Assembly (NCBI GenBank): GCA_044343805.1 | Contig: JBIJDZ010000003.1 | Coordinates: 136-64,135, forward strand | Direction: 5' to 3' | Length of the DNA stretch: 64,000 nt | Origin: Chthoniobacterales bacterium | Lineage (GTDB): Bacteria; Verrucomicrobiota; Verrucomicrobiia; Chthoniobacterales; JACTMZ01 | Shown here: in pieces, positions 46,498-55,729 of the stretch | Position numbering within the stretch: the stretch's first letter is position 1 | How the letters are laid out: each line of letters opens with the position of its first letter | Notes under the pieces: generated by a model | The model's input: only the letters and a program-made list of their open reading frames with translations | Told to the model about the DNA's origin: nothing | Database searches by the model: none | Program-made: the position numbers and the translations under genes

Positions 46498-47343
46498 ATG
46501 AAAAAAAATCTCATTCTGGTGGCCTGCGCCGCCCTTTTACTCAACACCCATACTATGGCCCATATAGGCTATACGGGTCGCAATTTCGGAACATGGAGCT
46601 ACGACAATGGCTCATGGTCCACCGCTGATGTATCTACAGGTTCGAGTATCCTGACCAATCACAATTCCGTCACCATTTCGAACGCCAACCTCTCCGGACG
46701 TCACGGCTGGGCCGATGCGGCCGACGCCGACTTCGGCGACAGCCACGTCGGGCGCTTTTTCCGCTTCACGCTCAACCATGCGGCCACCATCAACTTTGCC
46801 GTAACCGGCGGAGGCCTGAGCAGCACCACCTATGTCTCCGGCGTCCGCCTGCTACCCGGATTCTCCATTTACCAAGGACTGGCGCACCTGAGTCCGGACC
46901 AGGCATCGCATGACAGCGCGGCAAAAACAGTGGAGTATCTCAACGCCACTTATCCCGATGGCAATGGTGGCACCACCAAGGAAGGGGCGCTTAATGCTGT
47001 GGGTAATTGGGCGATCGGCAACGATGATGGAACCACGGCAGCCAGCCTTCGTTATTTCACGTTCATGGGCTATGCAGTTGATGGAACCAGCAACAACTTT
47101 GGACCCACCCCAGGGATCATTGGTGACGGGAATGCCGACGGCTTCGTCAGCAAGTCTTTCAACCTCAACCCGGGCGATTACACGATTTACATCGGCGGTG
47201 CGGAATATGCCGAAACAGGTGCGGGAAATTATGGCTACACCGCAACATTCACTGTAGTGCCCGAACCATCTACGCTTCTCCTGAGTGCTCTGGGCTTGCT
47301 TGCGATTGTTTTGAGGCAACGCGTCAAAAGGATGAACGTTTGA
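46498..47343 (+). CDS. PEP-CTERM-anchored secreted protein
   Basis: 281 aa. Signal peptide. The C-terminus VPEPSTLLLSALGLLAIVLRQRVKR has the PEP motif, a TM helix and a basic tail. Confidence 0.8.
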   Translation: MKKNLILVACAALLLNTHTMAHIGYTGRNFGTWSYDNGSWSTADVSTGSSILTNHNSVTISNANLSGRHGWADAADADFGDSHVGRFFRFTLNHAATINFAVTGGGLSSTTYVSGVRLLPGFSIYQGLAHLSPDQASHDSAAKTVEYLNATYPDGNGGTTKEGALNAVGNWAIGNDDGTTAASLRYFTFMGYAVDGTSNNFGPTPGIIGDGNADGFVSKSFNLNPGDYTIYIGGAEYAETGAGNYGYTATFTVVPEPSTLLLSALGLLAIVLRQRVKRMNV

Positions 47344-47371
47344 TTCATCCCCGCCACAGCACAAATCAGCC

Positions 47372-47408
47372 AAAAATTGGGCCATCCCGCCCCACCGCAG
47401 GATGGCCC
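47372..47408 (-). terminator. Putative terminator for the fasciclin gene (second hairpin at 47418-47436)
   Basis: On the minus strand: GGGCCATCC-12 nt-GGATGGCCC followed by AATTTTTGG. An adjacent hairpin CGCGGCAA-GAT-TTGCCGCG also sits in the convergent gap. Confidence 0.6.
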
Positions 47409-47450
47409 TGTGCATAACGCGGCAAGATTTGCCGCGCGCCCATGCACAAA

Positions 47451-47966
47451 TCAGTCAGGCATAACGACCGTGTCGATAATGTGGATCACGCCGTTGGAGC
47501 CCGTGATATCAGCCTCCAAGACCGTGGCATCGCCGTAGCAGACCTTGCCGTTGCGTTTGGCCAGCTCGACTTTCTTGCCGTTCAGCGTCTTGGTCATGGC
47601 GGGTTCGACATCGGCCGCCAGCACGCGCCCTTTGACCACGTGATTTTTGAGAATGCCCGCGAGTTTATTTTTGTTTTCCGGTTTGAGCAGATCCGCAAGG
47701 GCGCCGTTCGGCAGCTTGGCAAATGCGTCGTTGTTCGGCGCAAAAACGGTAAAAGGCCCGTCGGCTTGCAAAGCCTCAACCAAACCAGCTGCTTTGATTG
47801 CGGCAACAAGTGTGCTGAGGCTGCTGTTGTCTGCGGCCACGACCACAATATCGGAAGCCCCCGCCGTCTCGGGCATGGCCTCCTGCGCATTGACGTTTCG
47901 GGAAAGAGTGAATGCCGCCGTAAAAACCGTGACGACACCGACGAGTAGTAGAATTTTATTTTTCAT
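47451..47966 (-). CDS. Secreted fasciclin (FAS1) domain protein
   Basis: ATG 47966: MKNKILLLVGVVTVFTAAFT. ...LSTLVAAIKAAGLVEALQ..GPFTVFAPNNDAF..LP......LL.......L..IL..HVV.G.....GVIHIID.V. Confidence 0.88.
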   Translation of the reverse strand: MKNKILLLVGVVTVFTAAFTLSRNVNAQEAMPETAGASDIVVVAADNSSLSTLVAAIKAAGLVEALQADGPFTVFAPNNDAFAKLPNGALADLLKPENKNKLAGILKNHVVKGRVLAADVEPAMTKTLNGKKVELAKRNGKVCYGDATVLEADITGSNGVIHIIDTVVMPD

Positions 47967-48024
47967 GAGTTTTGGTTGATTGAGGTGACAGCATGAAAAA
48001 AGTCGCGGGGTCTGACTATGGGGT

Positions 48025-49518
48025 CTAACCCGCATTCTTGGCCGGACTGTGAAGTAGAGCTTCGATCAATTCGGCGACATCGATCGTCGCGAAACGCGTG
48101 GCCGTGTCGGATACAGCGTAGGGCAGAACGAGCCGTCCCGAATGAATTAGCGCCCCGCAGCTGTACACCACATTGGGCACATAGCCCTCACGTTCATCCT
48201 CCTCGGGACCGAGGAGTGGTTCGCGCAAGCGGCCGATAACCCGAGACGGATCGTTGAGATCCAACAAAGCTGCTCCCAGACAGTATTTGCGCATCGGTCC
48301 GACACCGTGCGTTATAACAAGCCAACCAACGTCTGTTTCTATGGGCGATCCGCAGTTGCCAAGCTGGATAAATTCCCACGTCTCGGCCGGACGCAGAATC
48401 ACTTTGGAGTCGTGCCAGAAATGCGGGTGCTCCGAGAACATCAGGTGAATGTTTTCACCGTCCTGACGTCCGAGCATGGCGTAGTGGCCATTGATCTTGC
48501 GCGGGAAAAGCGCCAAGCCTTTGTTCCTTATGGCCGGTCCGTTGAGGGTGCAGATGTTGAAATCACAAAAGTCTCGTGTCTCGACCATCTGCGGAAAAAC
48601 CACACTCCCGTTGTAGGCAGTATATGTTGCATAATACATCACCCCTCCATCATCGCCCATAAAACGGACGAAACGTGCATCCTCAATGCCATTGCTCTCG
48701 GCGGGAGAGTAAGGAAAGAGGACCTTCTCACACATGGTCAAACCCTTCGGAAAATGGACGGCATAATTGGCCTCGGCCAGCATGATGGCACGATCGACCG
48801 CCTGCTGGATGAGGGCTGGAGCAGACTCACGGCGCAAATGCGCCGAATACTTCACAAGATCTTCCAAACGAAATGAATCGGACAAGCTTTCCGTTGCGGA
48901 GTGAATTTCGTCCTCACCCAAACCCATCTCGCGCAGTTTGCGACGAAAAATAGTCCGGTCGTATGTGGTGGCCGGTCGCGGTTTCGGCGAATGAACATAG
49001 CGCGATACGTTGTCGATTCGGACAAGACCTTCCGCGTCGACGATTCCGGAACGGAAAGTGATGGACGATATGTGCCCTTCTCCCGTCGCTCTGAGGCTGA
49101 GCACGCAGCGCAATTCACCCGCTGACACCCCTGTTTGCTCCGGCGCGGGCACAATACTCGGATTGAACAATGCGCTTGATTCCAACGAGTATTCATTGAT
49201 GAAACAAGAACCTAGGAGCATCTGACGTGCATCAGACAATGGACGATCGGCCGGGAGAAGCGGCTCCACCGCCTTGAAACGTTCGAGAAAAATGGCCCGA
49301 ATATCCATATGGCGACCCTGAAATTCAGCCATGACCTCCTGCAGTTTGGCTTCCACAGCAGCCTCGTCAACGAGCAGGACACGAAGAAAAACATTAAGCA
49401 CCCGTCCGTTCGCGATGCCCGCCGATGATGGTTTGACCACCAACATGGGCAAGAAAGGTCGCAGAAGTACACGACGTGGATCCGGACGAATTTCGAAAGT
49501 TTGACGGGCTATTTTCAC
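48025..49518 (-). CDS. GH130-family glycoside phosphorylase/hydrolase-like protein with about 270-aa N-terminal extension
   Basis: 497 aa. GTG start in a GTGA overlap with the upstream GT gene. The C-terminal half reads ...GIEDARFVRF.DDGG.MYYATYTAYNG......NKG.ALFPRKINGHYAML.RQDGENI......LGNCGSPIETD.GWLVITHGVG....Y..GAALLDL.DPS.V... Confidence 0.75.
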   Translation of the reverse strand: MKIARQTFEIRPDPRRVLLRPFLPMLVVKPSSAGIANGRVLNVFLRVLLVDEAAVEAKLQEVMAEFQGRHMDIRAIFLERFKAVEPLLPADRPLSDARQMLLGSCFINEYSLESSALFNPSIVPAPEQTGVSAGELRCVLSLRATGEGHISSITFRSGIVDAEGLVRIDNVSRYVHSPKPRPATTYDRTIFRRKLREMGLGEDEIHSATESLSDSFRLEDLVKYSAHLRRESAPALIQQAVDRAIMLAEANYAVHFPKGLTMCEKVLFPYSPAESNGIEDARFVRFMGDDGGVMYYATYTAYNGSVVFPQMVETRDFCDFNICTLNGPAIRNKGLALFPRKINGHYAMLGRQDGENIHLMFSEHPHFWHDSKVILRPAETWEFIQLGNCGSPIETDVGWLVITHGVGPMRKYCLGAALLDLNDPSRVIGRLREPLLGPEEDEREGYVPNVVYSCGALIHSGRLVLPYAVSDTATRFATIDVAELIEALLHSPAKNAG

Positions 49519-51797
49519 GGCGTGCGGTTGTAAGCGGCAGAGACATTGGCCAGCGCTTTCATCTCAGCCAAAGCAAGCCAGAAGGATAGAGTGGACTCGG
49601 CACCTTGGTTCAAATTGACACGATTGGCGTGCAAGCCGTCCCGGCACCCTCCCGTCGCCGGATCGTAGAGAGGCTCCTCAATATCATTGGCCCCGAGATA
49701 CCACTCAAAAGCGCGGCGGGCTTCAGCACGCCAAAAATCATCACTGGTAGTGAAATAGGCCTCGATGCACGCACTTACCGAGGCAGCCGCTTCAACCGGC
49801 TGCTGATCGAACACCGGACACTCCTGCCCACGCCGCCAGAAGCCCTCCGATCCAATGGGGCGAAAGCATCCTGAAACTCCAGTCTGTTTGGACATCAGCC
49901 ATTTCAAGCTCTCCAACCCCGCGTCACGCATCTCGGTATTTTCGGTCCAGCGACCGGTAAGAATAAGCGCGTGCGAAAGACGCGCATTGTCGTAGGCAAC
50001 AATGTCTTCAAACCAAGGCCAGTCGTCTGCGCGGTTAGCCTGCCAAAGAGCTAGGAGCTTCCATGAAAAAGATTCGCGCAATCTTGCCGCCAGCAAATCT
50101 CCCGACAAAGTCCTCAAGTATTCATGCAGACCCAGAACGGCAAAAGCCCAAGCCCGGGGCGACGTGAACTCCTCGACTGCAGGCAATGCCGCTTCGAACA
50201 ATGGCGCGGCCCAAGCCCGCAAGCTTTCGCCCGGGCTACGCCCAACGACGGCACCCAGCGCCCAAAGAGCGCGACCTTGCACATCCTCGGACCCTTCTTC
50301 GTCGAGCCATGACCGACCAAAGGACATGAAGTTGCGGAAACGACCGCGGGCGGGAGAATAGGCCGCATAAATAAACCCCGCGTATGCCGATCTCGCATGG
50401 AGCAGCTCTGGCGGACACTCACCCAGCTCCTCAAGAAGCACACTCAAAAGCAACGCTCGGGCATTGTCATCGGCACAGTATCCATGCTCAAACCACGGAA
50501 CGGAAAAATTCGCGTGCTGGAACATGCCGGTGCTGTCACTCAGACACAGCAAATGGTCGAATCTCCACGGCGGCAAATGCAGTCGATCATCACGTAACGC
50601 GCCCCTCCGACCGCCATGCTGCACCGCCCCGGTGGCGTGATAGTGTTCACGTGCTTCAATAAAAAGCTGCGCGTAGGCTTTGCCAACCTCGGACCAGATC
50701 ATCTGCCGTCCTGCGACATAAGCGTCCTTTCGCATGGTCCGGAGACGGGCCTCGTCGGACAGCAGGGCATTCACCTCGCGCGCGATGGCGTCAGCATCGC
50801 GAAAAGGGACCAGAACTCCCCTGTTGTCCGCCAGTAGTTCCCCTGCGTGCCAATAAGGCGTTGAAACGACGGCTTTGCCTGTCCCATAGCAGTAGGAAAG
50901 GGTTCCAGATGTGATTTGCTCAACGTTGAGATAGGGAGTGAGATAAATGTCGGCCGCTCCCATGAAGTCGGCCAACTCGGCTTCACCCACATAGCGGTTC
51001 ACAAACATCACATTGCTTTCGACGCCGAGAGAACGGGCCAAGCGCTCCAGCGAAAGACGGTAATTCTCGCCGCTCTCTCGAAGGACGTTCGGATGCGTGG
51101 CTCCCAAGATAATATAAATCACACCCGGATGCCGGGCCTTTATCGCGGGCAAAGCCCGGATGGCATACTCGATGCCCTTATTGGGTGAAAGCAGACCAAA
51201 CGTGAGAATAACAGTCCTTCCAGCGATATCGAACTGGTCTTTGAAATATCCCGAATCCGTGAATGGCAAATTGGGTATTCCATGAGGTATAATGGTTATT
51301 TTTTCCTCCGGAACATGGTAAAAATCAGTCAGCAAATTCCGCGCAAGACGGGCCATGACAACCACACGCGTCGAGTTATCAAGCAGTTCCGCAAAAGCAC
51401 GCTTCTGCTCGGGTTGAGGCTTTTCCAGCACTGTGTGCAACGTGGTCACCACAGGCATCCTTGCCGCACGGATCAAACCCAGCACGTGACTGCCAGCCAC
51501 TCCCCCGTAAATACCGAACTCATGCTGGACACATAGTATATCGGTATGAGCGAGATTGAGAAAATCAGCCGCACGCAGATAAGAGGCCACATCCGGCTGC
51601 GGAACTTCGAATCGAACCGATTCATCATATGCGTAACTTCCCGGGCGGTCTGAAACAGCGATGACCTGACAAGACCAATCGGTTTGGGCACTGGCCACAG
51701 CTTGACGTAGTTCACGCGTAAAAGTCGCCAAGCCGCAGTGTCGCGGGGGATAATCGCCGAGGAACGCAACTTTGAGCGACGGTTGGGAATCGCGCAT
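49515..51797 (-). CDS. GT4 (group 1) glycosyltransferase fused to a C-terminal (alpha/alpha)6-barrel-like domain
   Basis: 760 aa. The N-terminal half is VAFLGDYPPRHCGLATFTREL...LTFGLLSPNKGIEY...TPYLNVEQITSGTL. The C-terminal half is helical repeats with DDNARALL, QGRALWAL, AYDNARL and NQGAEST. Confidence 0.75.
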   Translation of the reverse strand: MRDSQPSLKVAFLGDYPPRHCGLATFTRELRQAVASAQTDWSCQVIAVSDRPGSYAYDESVRFEVPQPDVASYLRAADFLNLAHTDILCVQHEFGIYGGVAGSHVLGLIRAARMPVVTTLHTVLEKPQPEQKRAFAELLDNSTRVVVMARLARNLLTDFYHVPEEKITIIPHGIPNLPFTDSGYFKDQFDIAGRTVILTFGLLSPNKGIEYAIRALPAIKARHPGVIYIILGATHPNVLRESGENYRLSLERLARSLGVESNVMFVNRYVGEAELADFMGAADIYLTPYLNVEQITSGTLSYCYGTGKAVVSTPYWHAGELLADNRGVLVPFRDADAIAREVNALLSDEARLRTMRKDAYVAGRQMIWSEVGKAYAQLFIEAREHYHATGAVQHGGRRGALRDDRLHLPPWRFDHLLCLSDSTGMFQHANFSVPWFEHGYCADDNARALLLSVLLEELGECPPELLHARSAYAGFIYAAYSPARGRFRNFMSFGRSWLDEEGSEDVQGRALWALGAVVGRSPGESLRAWAAPLFEAALPAVEEFTSPRAWAFAVLGLHEYLRTLSGDLLAARLRESFSWKLLALWQANRADDWPWFEDIVAYDNARLSHALILTGRWTENTEMRDAGLESLKWLMSKQTGVSGCFRPIGSEGFWRRGQECPVFDQQPVEAAASVSACIEAYFTTSDDFWRAEARRAFEWYLGANDIEEPLYDPATGGCRDGLHANRVNLNQGAESTLSFWLALAEMKALANVSAAYNRTP

Positions 51798-52041
51798 GAC
51801 GCTATTGCATCAGCTGGATCTGACTCTTTCTATGGGGTGAAGACCTCACTGCGACTTGGCACAGATGAACCAAAACTTAGTTGAAAATATCTGCATCAAT
51901 TCAGAGAACCTCACTACCTCGGAACGTTCACAGCAAATTCCATTGTGCTGCCCCTATCACGCAGGCCATGCAACGCCCGAGGTGTTTCAGAAAAAAAAGC
52001 ATGCCGCCGATCCGAAAAAGGTTAGTATCGTATAGGAGCAA

Positions 52042-52113
52042 GCGCGGTTAGCTCAGCGGTAGAGCGGCTCGTTTACACCGAGTTGGTCGGGGGTTCGATT
52101 CCCTCACCGCGCA
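52042..52113 (+). tRNA. tRNA-Val (anticodon UAC)
   Basis: GCGCGGT-TA-GCTC-AGCGGTA-GAGC-G-GCTCG-TTTACAC-CGAGT...GGGGG-TTCGATT-CCCTC-ACCGCGC-A. Confidence 0.95.
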
Positions 52114-52169
52114 TATTCCTTGCGGGTAATATTTGCACCCTCCGGCGTCATCTTGTAAATTCGGCCTTT

Positions 52170-52736
52170 ATGGAAACGAAACGCATTGAAATCATCAAGG
52201 TCGCCGAGTTGGCGAAGCTCTGGAAAGAAAACCCCGAACTCGCCGTGATCGACGTTCGCACCGCCGGCGAATACGAATCTGTCCATGCGCGGGGTGTCAA
52301 ATTACATCCCCTGCAGGAACTCGATGCAGTCAAGTTTGTCTCGGAACACGGATCAAAAGACCGCCCCGTTTACATTTTTTGCAAATCGGGAGTGCGCTCC
52401 ACCCAAGCCGCTGAAAAGCTCCTCGAGGTGGGGATCACCAAGCCGGTCGTGGTCGAGGGCGGCACGGATGCTTGGATCGCCGCAGACTTGCCCGTCGAGC
52501 ACCTCGGTCGCAAAGTCCTCCCGCTGGACAGACAAATGCGCACAGTTGCTGGCGCTTTTATTTTCTTGGGATCGCTCCTTACGCTCGCCGTCAATCCTGC
52601 TTTCATTTGGATCCCGCTCCTCATGGGAGGAGGATTGGTTTTTTCGGGTATTTCAGGAATATGCCCGATGACAAATGTTATTGCCAAAATGCCGTGGAAT
52701 CAGGCGTCGGGCCGAACTTGTTGTCCAGGTAAATAG
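52170..52736 (+). CDS. Rhodanese domain fused to a DUF2892-type membrane tail (YgaP-like)
   Basis: ATG 52170. ...AVIDVRTAGEYESVHARG....PVYIFCKSGVRSTQAAEKL, then two TM helices ending in GICPM. Confidence 0.8.
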   Translation: METKRIEIIKVAELAKLWKENPELAVIDVRTAGEYESVHARGVKLHPLQELDAVKFVSEHGSKDRPVYIFCKSGVRSTQAAEKLLEVGITKPVVVEGGTDAWIAADLPVEHLGRKVLPLDRQMRTVAGAFIFLGSLLTLAVNPAFIWIPLLMGGGLVFSGISGICPMTNVIAKMPWNQASGRTCCPGK

Positions 52737-52743
52737 GCCACCA

Positions 52744-53190
52744 TCACTCGGTGGTCACACCAGACTGACCGGCTAGTGCCGCTTCCAAAGTGCGCCAGGG
52801 CAGCATGGCGCATTTGATGCGCGCGGGGTATTTGCGTACTCCGGATAGCGCGGCCAAGTCACCAAGCACAGATGGAGAGTCAGACTCTGGACCAAGCAGC
52901 ATATCGCGCACCAAGGAGCTGAGATTGATCGCCTCCTCTGCGGTTTGACCCTTGGTTTTGCCTGTCATCAACGATGCCGAGGCTTTGGAAATAGCGCATC
53001 CTTGGCCTTGGAAAGAAACGTCGAAGAGCCTGTCGCCCTCCAACTGCACGAAAACTTTGACCTCGTCCCCGCAAAGCGGATTATCGCCATCAGCATGGCA
53101 CGTGCATCCGGGCATAGGACGGAAGTTCCTCGGACGCTTGTTGTGATCAAGAATGATTTCTTGGTAAAGATCGGCTAGTTCGGACATCAT
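52744..53190 (-). CDS. sufU: SufU/IscU-type Fe-S cluster scaffold / sulfur acceptor
   Basis: 148 aa. YQEIILDHNKRPRNF........NPLCGDEV.V.......I.DV.F.G.GCAIS.ASAS......RIKCA.LPW. Confidence 0.88.
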   Translation of the reverse strand: MMSELADLYQEIILDHNKRPRNFRPMPGCTCHADGDNPLCGDEVKVFVQLEGDRLFDVSFQGQGCAISKASASLMTGKTKGQTAEEAINLSSLVRDMLLGPESDSPSVLGDLAALSGVRKYPARIKCAMLPWRTLEAALAGQSGVTTE

Positions 53191-54416
53191 GTGAACATTT
53201 TGCGGATTTTGCGAAGGGAAGCAACCAACAGGTCGGCTTCATCTGTAGTGTTGTAAAAAGCGAATGAAGCTCTTGCGGTGCCGGGAATGGCGTAAAAATT
53301 CATCAATGGCTGAGCACAATGATGGCCGGCCCGGACGGCAATACCATCTGTGTCGAGAATCGTTCCGATATCGTGCGGATGGACGCCCTCGATCGTGAAA
53401 GAAACAACGGGAACTTTATCGGCAACATCACCGTAAATTTTAAGTCCGGGAATTTCATTCATACCTTCGGTGGCATACTTGAGAACACTTTGCTCGACTG
53501 ACTCAATTCGCGACAGACCCATCCCTTCAAGGTAGTCAATCGCGGCTGCCAAGCCGACCGCTCCAGCTATGTCCGGCGTGCCCGCCTCGAATTTTTGCGG
53601 CGGCTCTTGAAAGGTCGTTCCGCCTTCAAAGGAAACTTTGGAGATCATATCGCCGCCCGTTTGATAAGGTGGCAACCTTTTGAGCCAAGCAAGTTTCCCG
53701 TAAAGAACGCCTATTCCGGTAGGACCACAAAGTTTGTGCCCGGAGAAGACAAAGAAGTCGCAATCGAGAGCAGCAACATCAATGCGGAAATGCGGTGTGG
53801 ACTGACACCCATCAAGCAGCACGACCGCACCCGCACGGTGTGCGCTGCGGATGATTTCGCCGACCGGGTTGATCGTGCCAAGTGCGTTGGACGCATGCAC
53901 CAGTCCGACAACCCGTGTTTTAGGCGTCATTTTCCGGTAAAAATCCTCGAGATCAAGCGAGCCGTCGGGAGTGACCTCCGCCACCACGATTCGTGCTCCC
54001 GTCCGCTGTGCTGCAATCTGCCAAGGCACGATATTGGCATGATGCTCCATGCGCGTGAGGAGGATTTCGTCACCGTGACGCAACCAGTCCTGCGCCAATC
54101 CCTGTGCGACCAAGTTGATTCCCTCGGTCGCACCGCGCACAAAAACAACCTCCCGCTGTGAAGAAGCACCAATGAAACGGGCCACGGTATCACGCGCCCT
54201 GTCATAGGCATCTGTGGCAACTTGGCTGAGGTAATGGACTCCGCGATGAATGTTACCATTCTGGCGCGTGTAGTATTCGTCCAGCGCATCAATAACAGCC
54301 CGAGGCTTTTGCGAGGTGGCCGCGTTATCGAGATAAACAAGTGGATGACCGTTCACCTTGGTATCCAAAATAGGAAAATCGGACCGCACCCGTTGAATGT
54401 CCAGTGAACCGTTCAT
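53187..54416 (-). CDS. sufS: Cysteine desulfurase (SufS, class II)
   Basis: ATG 54416. ...YLDNAATSQKP..V......YY...N.N.HRG.H.LS, FSGHKLCGPTGIG and RAGHHCAQP are present. Confidence 0.93.
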   Translation of the reverse strand: MNGSLDIQRVRSDFPILDTKVNGHPLVYLDNAATSQKPRAVIDALDEYYTRQNGNIHRGVHYLSQVATDAYDRARDTVARFIGASSQREVVFVRGATEGINLVAQGLAQDWLRHGDEILLTRMEHHANIVPWQIAAQRTGARIVVAEVTPDGSLDLEDFYRKMTPKTRVVGLVHASNALGTINPVGEIIRSAHRAGAVVLLDGCQSTPHFRIDVAALDCDFFVFSGHKLCGPTGIGVLYGKLAWLKRLPPYQTGGDMISKVSFEGGTTFQEPPQKFEAGTPDIAGAVGLAAAIDYLEGMGLSRIESVEQSVLKYATEGMNEIPGLKIYGDVADKVPVVSFTIEGVHPHDIGTILDTDGIAVRAGHHCAQPLMNFYAIPGTARASFAFYNTTDEADLLVASLRKIRKMFT

Positions 54417-54423
54417 CACTCTT

Positions 54424-55611
54424 TCAGCGTAGCACAGGTGGCGAGTACGGGGACCGATCAAAGCGGAGAGTCAAATCAACGATTTCAGGGCGGGTCCCAA
54501 CCCTCACTGGCGGACCCCATGTACCCAAGCCGGGCAAAACGTAGACATGCATTTCCCCGATTTTTAAATAACCGCTGCTGAAGCCGAACAGAGCACGCAC
54601 CAGATACTTGTTTGGCCAAAGTTGGCCATCGTGGGTGTGGCCGGAAAGTTGTATGGCCACACCGAGAGCTTCAGCTTCAGCCAATTCGACAGGCTGATGG
54701 TCCATCAACACCACTGGAGCAGTAGAAGGAACCAAACGGAGAATTTCGTCGAGCGGACGACGCGCCCGACCTTTAAAACGTCGCACGCTGAAATCCTCCC
54801 GTCCGGCCAACCACACGGCACCTCCCGCCAACGGCACAGCTTCGTCGCGGAGCACCCGCACATTGTGTTCCTCGAGATATCGCACACCGGTATCTACCCC
54901 GCCGATAAATTCGTGATTTCCCGTAACGGCGAAGACCCCCATTGGGGCGTCAAGGTCTCTTAAAAATTCACCTAGGTTGTTTTCAATAACCGGCGGCAAA
55001 TCCTCGTCGATGACATCGCCGGGCAGCAGAATCAAATCTGGCTCCAAAGAATTGATCTGGTCAACCCATGCCCGTACCCGTGCCTGTGTAACCAATGTGC
55101 CCAGGTGCCAATCCGAAGCAACAGCCACCCGCAAGCTTTCGGGGCCGCCGGGGGATGGGGGCAAAGACACCGCCAATTTGACAACCCGGGGATGCAAAGC
55201 GTTCCAGTAACCAAAGACAACTAGCACGCTCACCGCAACCACAAGCATCGTCGCCGCCCGAAATTTAGTCCTCGACCATGCCGCCAGCCATGATGCCGGA
55301 AGCCAGCGCAAACAAAACAGCACGCGACCTCCGAGATCGAGGGCCAACGCCCCCAGAAACAAGTAGTACATTAACGCAAACCAGAACGCTCCTACCCAAA
55401 CAAGCGAAGACGACCAAGGGCTCACCGCGATGTTTTCCAAATTGCGCCCGGCTAGGAAAGCCAATGCGGCGCACCAAAACAGCACCGCATACGGCCACCG
55501 CCACCGCGGTTTCCAAGCCAATGACTGCCAACCACGCACAAAGAGGTAAACTTGGATGGAAAAATAAACAGCAAAGACCGCTGCGAAAAAAAATAGAAAA
55601 CCGGACCGCAT
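54424..55611 (-). CDS. Membrane-anchored metallophosphoesterase
   Basis: ATG 55611 (MRSGFLFFFAAVF...). About four N-terminal TM helices, then SDWHLG, LPGDVIDE, VTGNHE and LSGHTHDGQ. Confidence 0.82.
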   Translation of the reverse strand: MRSGFLFFFAAVFAVYFSIQVYLFVRGWQSLAWKPRWRWPYAVLFWCAALAFLAGRNLENIAVSPWSSSLVWVGAFWFALMYYLFLGALALDLGGRVLFCLRWLPASWLAAWSRTKFRAATMLVVAVSVLVVFGYWNALHPRVVKLAVSLPPSPGGPESLRVAVASDWHLGTLVTQARVRAWVDQINSLEPDLILLPGDVIDEDLPPVIENNLGEFLRDLDAPMGVFAVTGNHEFIGGVDTGVRYLEEHNVRVLRDEAVPLAGGAVWLAGREDFSVRRFKGRARRPLDEILRLVPSTAPVVLMDHQPVELAEAEALGVAIQLSGHTHDGQLWPNKYLVRALFGFSSGYLKIGEMHVYVLPGLGTWGPPVRVGTRPEIVDLTLRFDRSPYSPPVLR

Positions 55612-55729
55612 ATGATCTGCCAAACCATAAGCACAGCGTGATGGGAGGGTAAATGACGGTAATACGCGGCAATAAACCCGTCCTCGTTTACATTGCCTTG
55701 TAACTCGCAGGCGCCCAAACTGAAACCAG

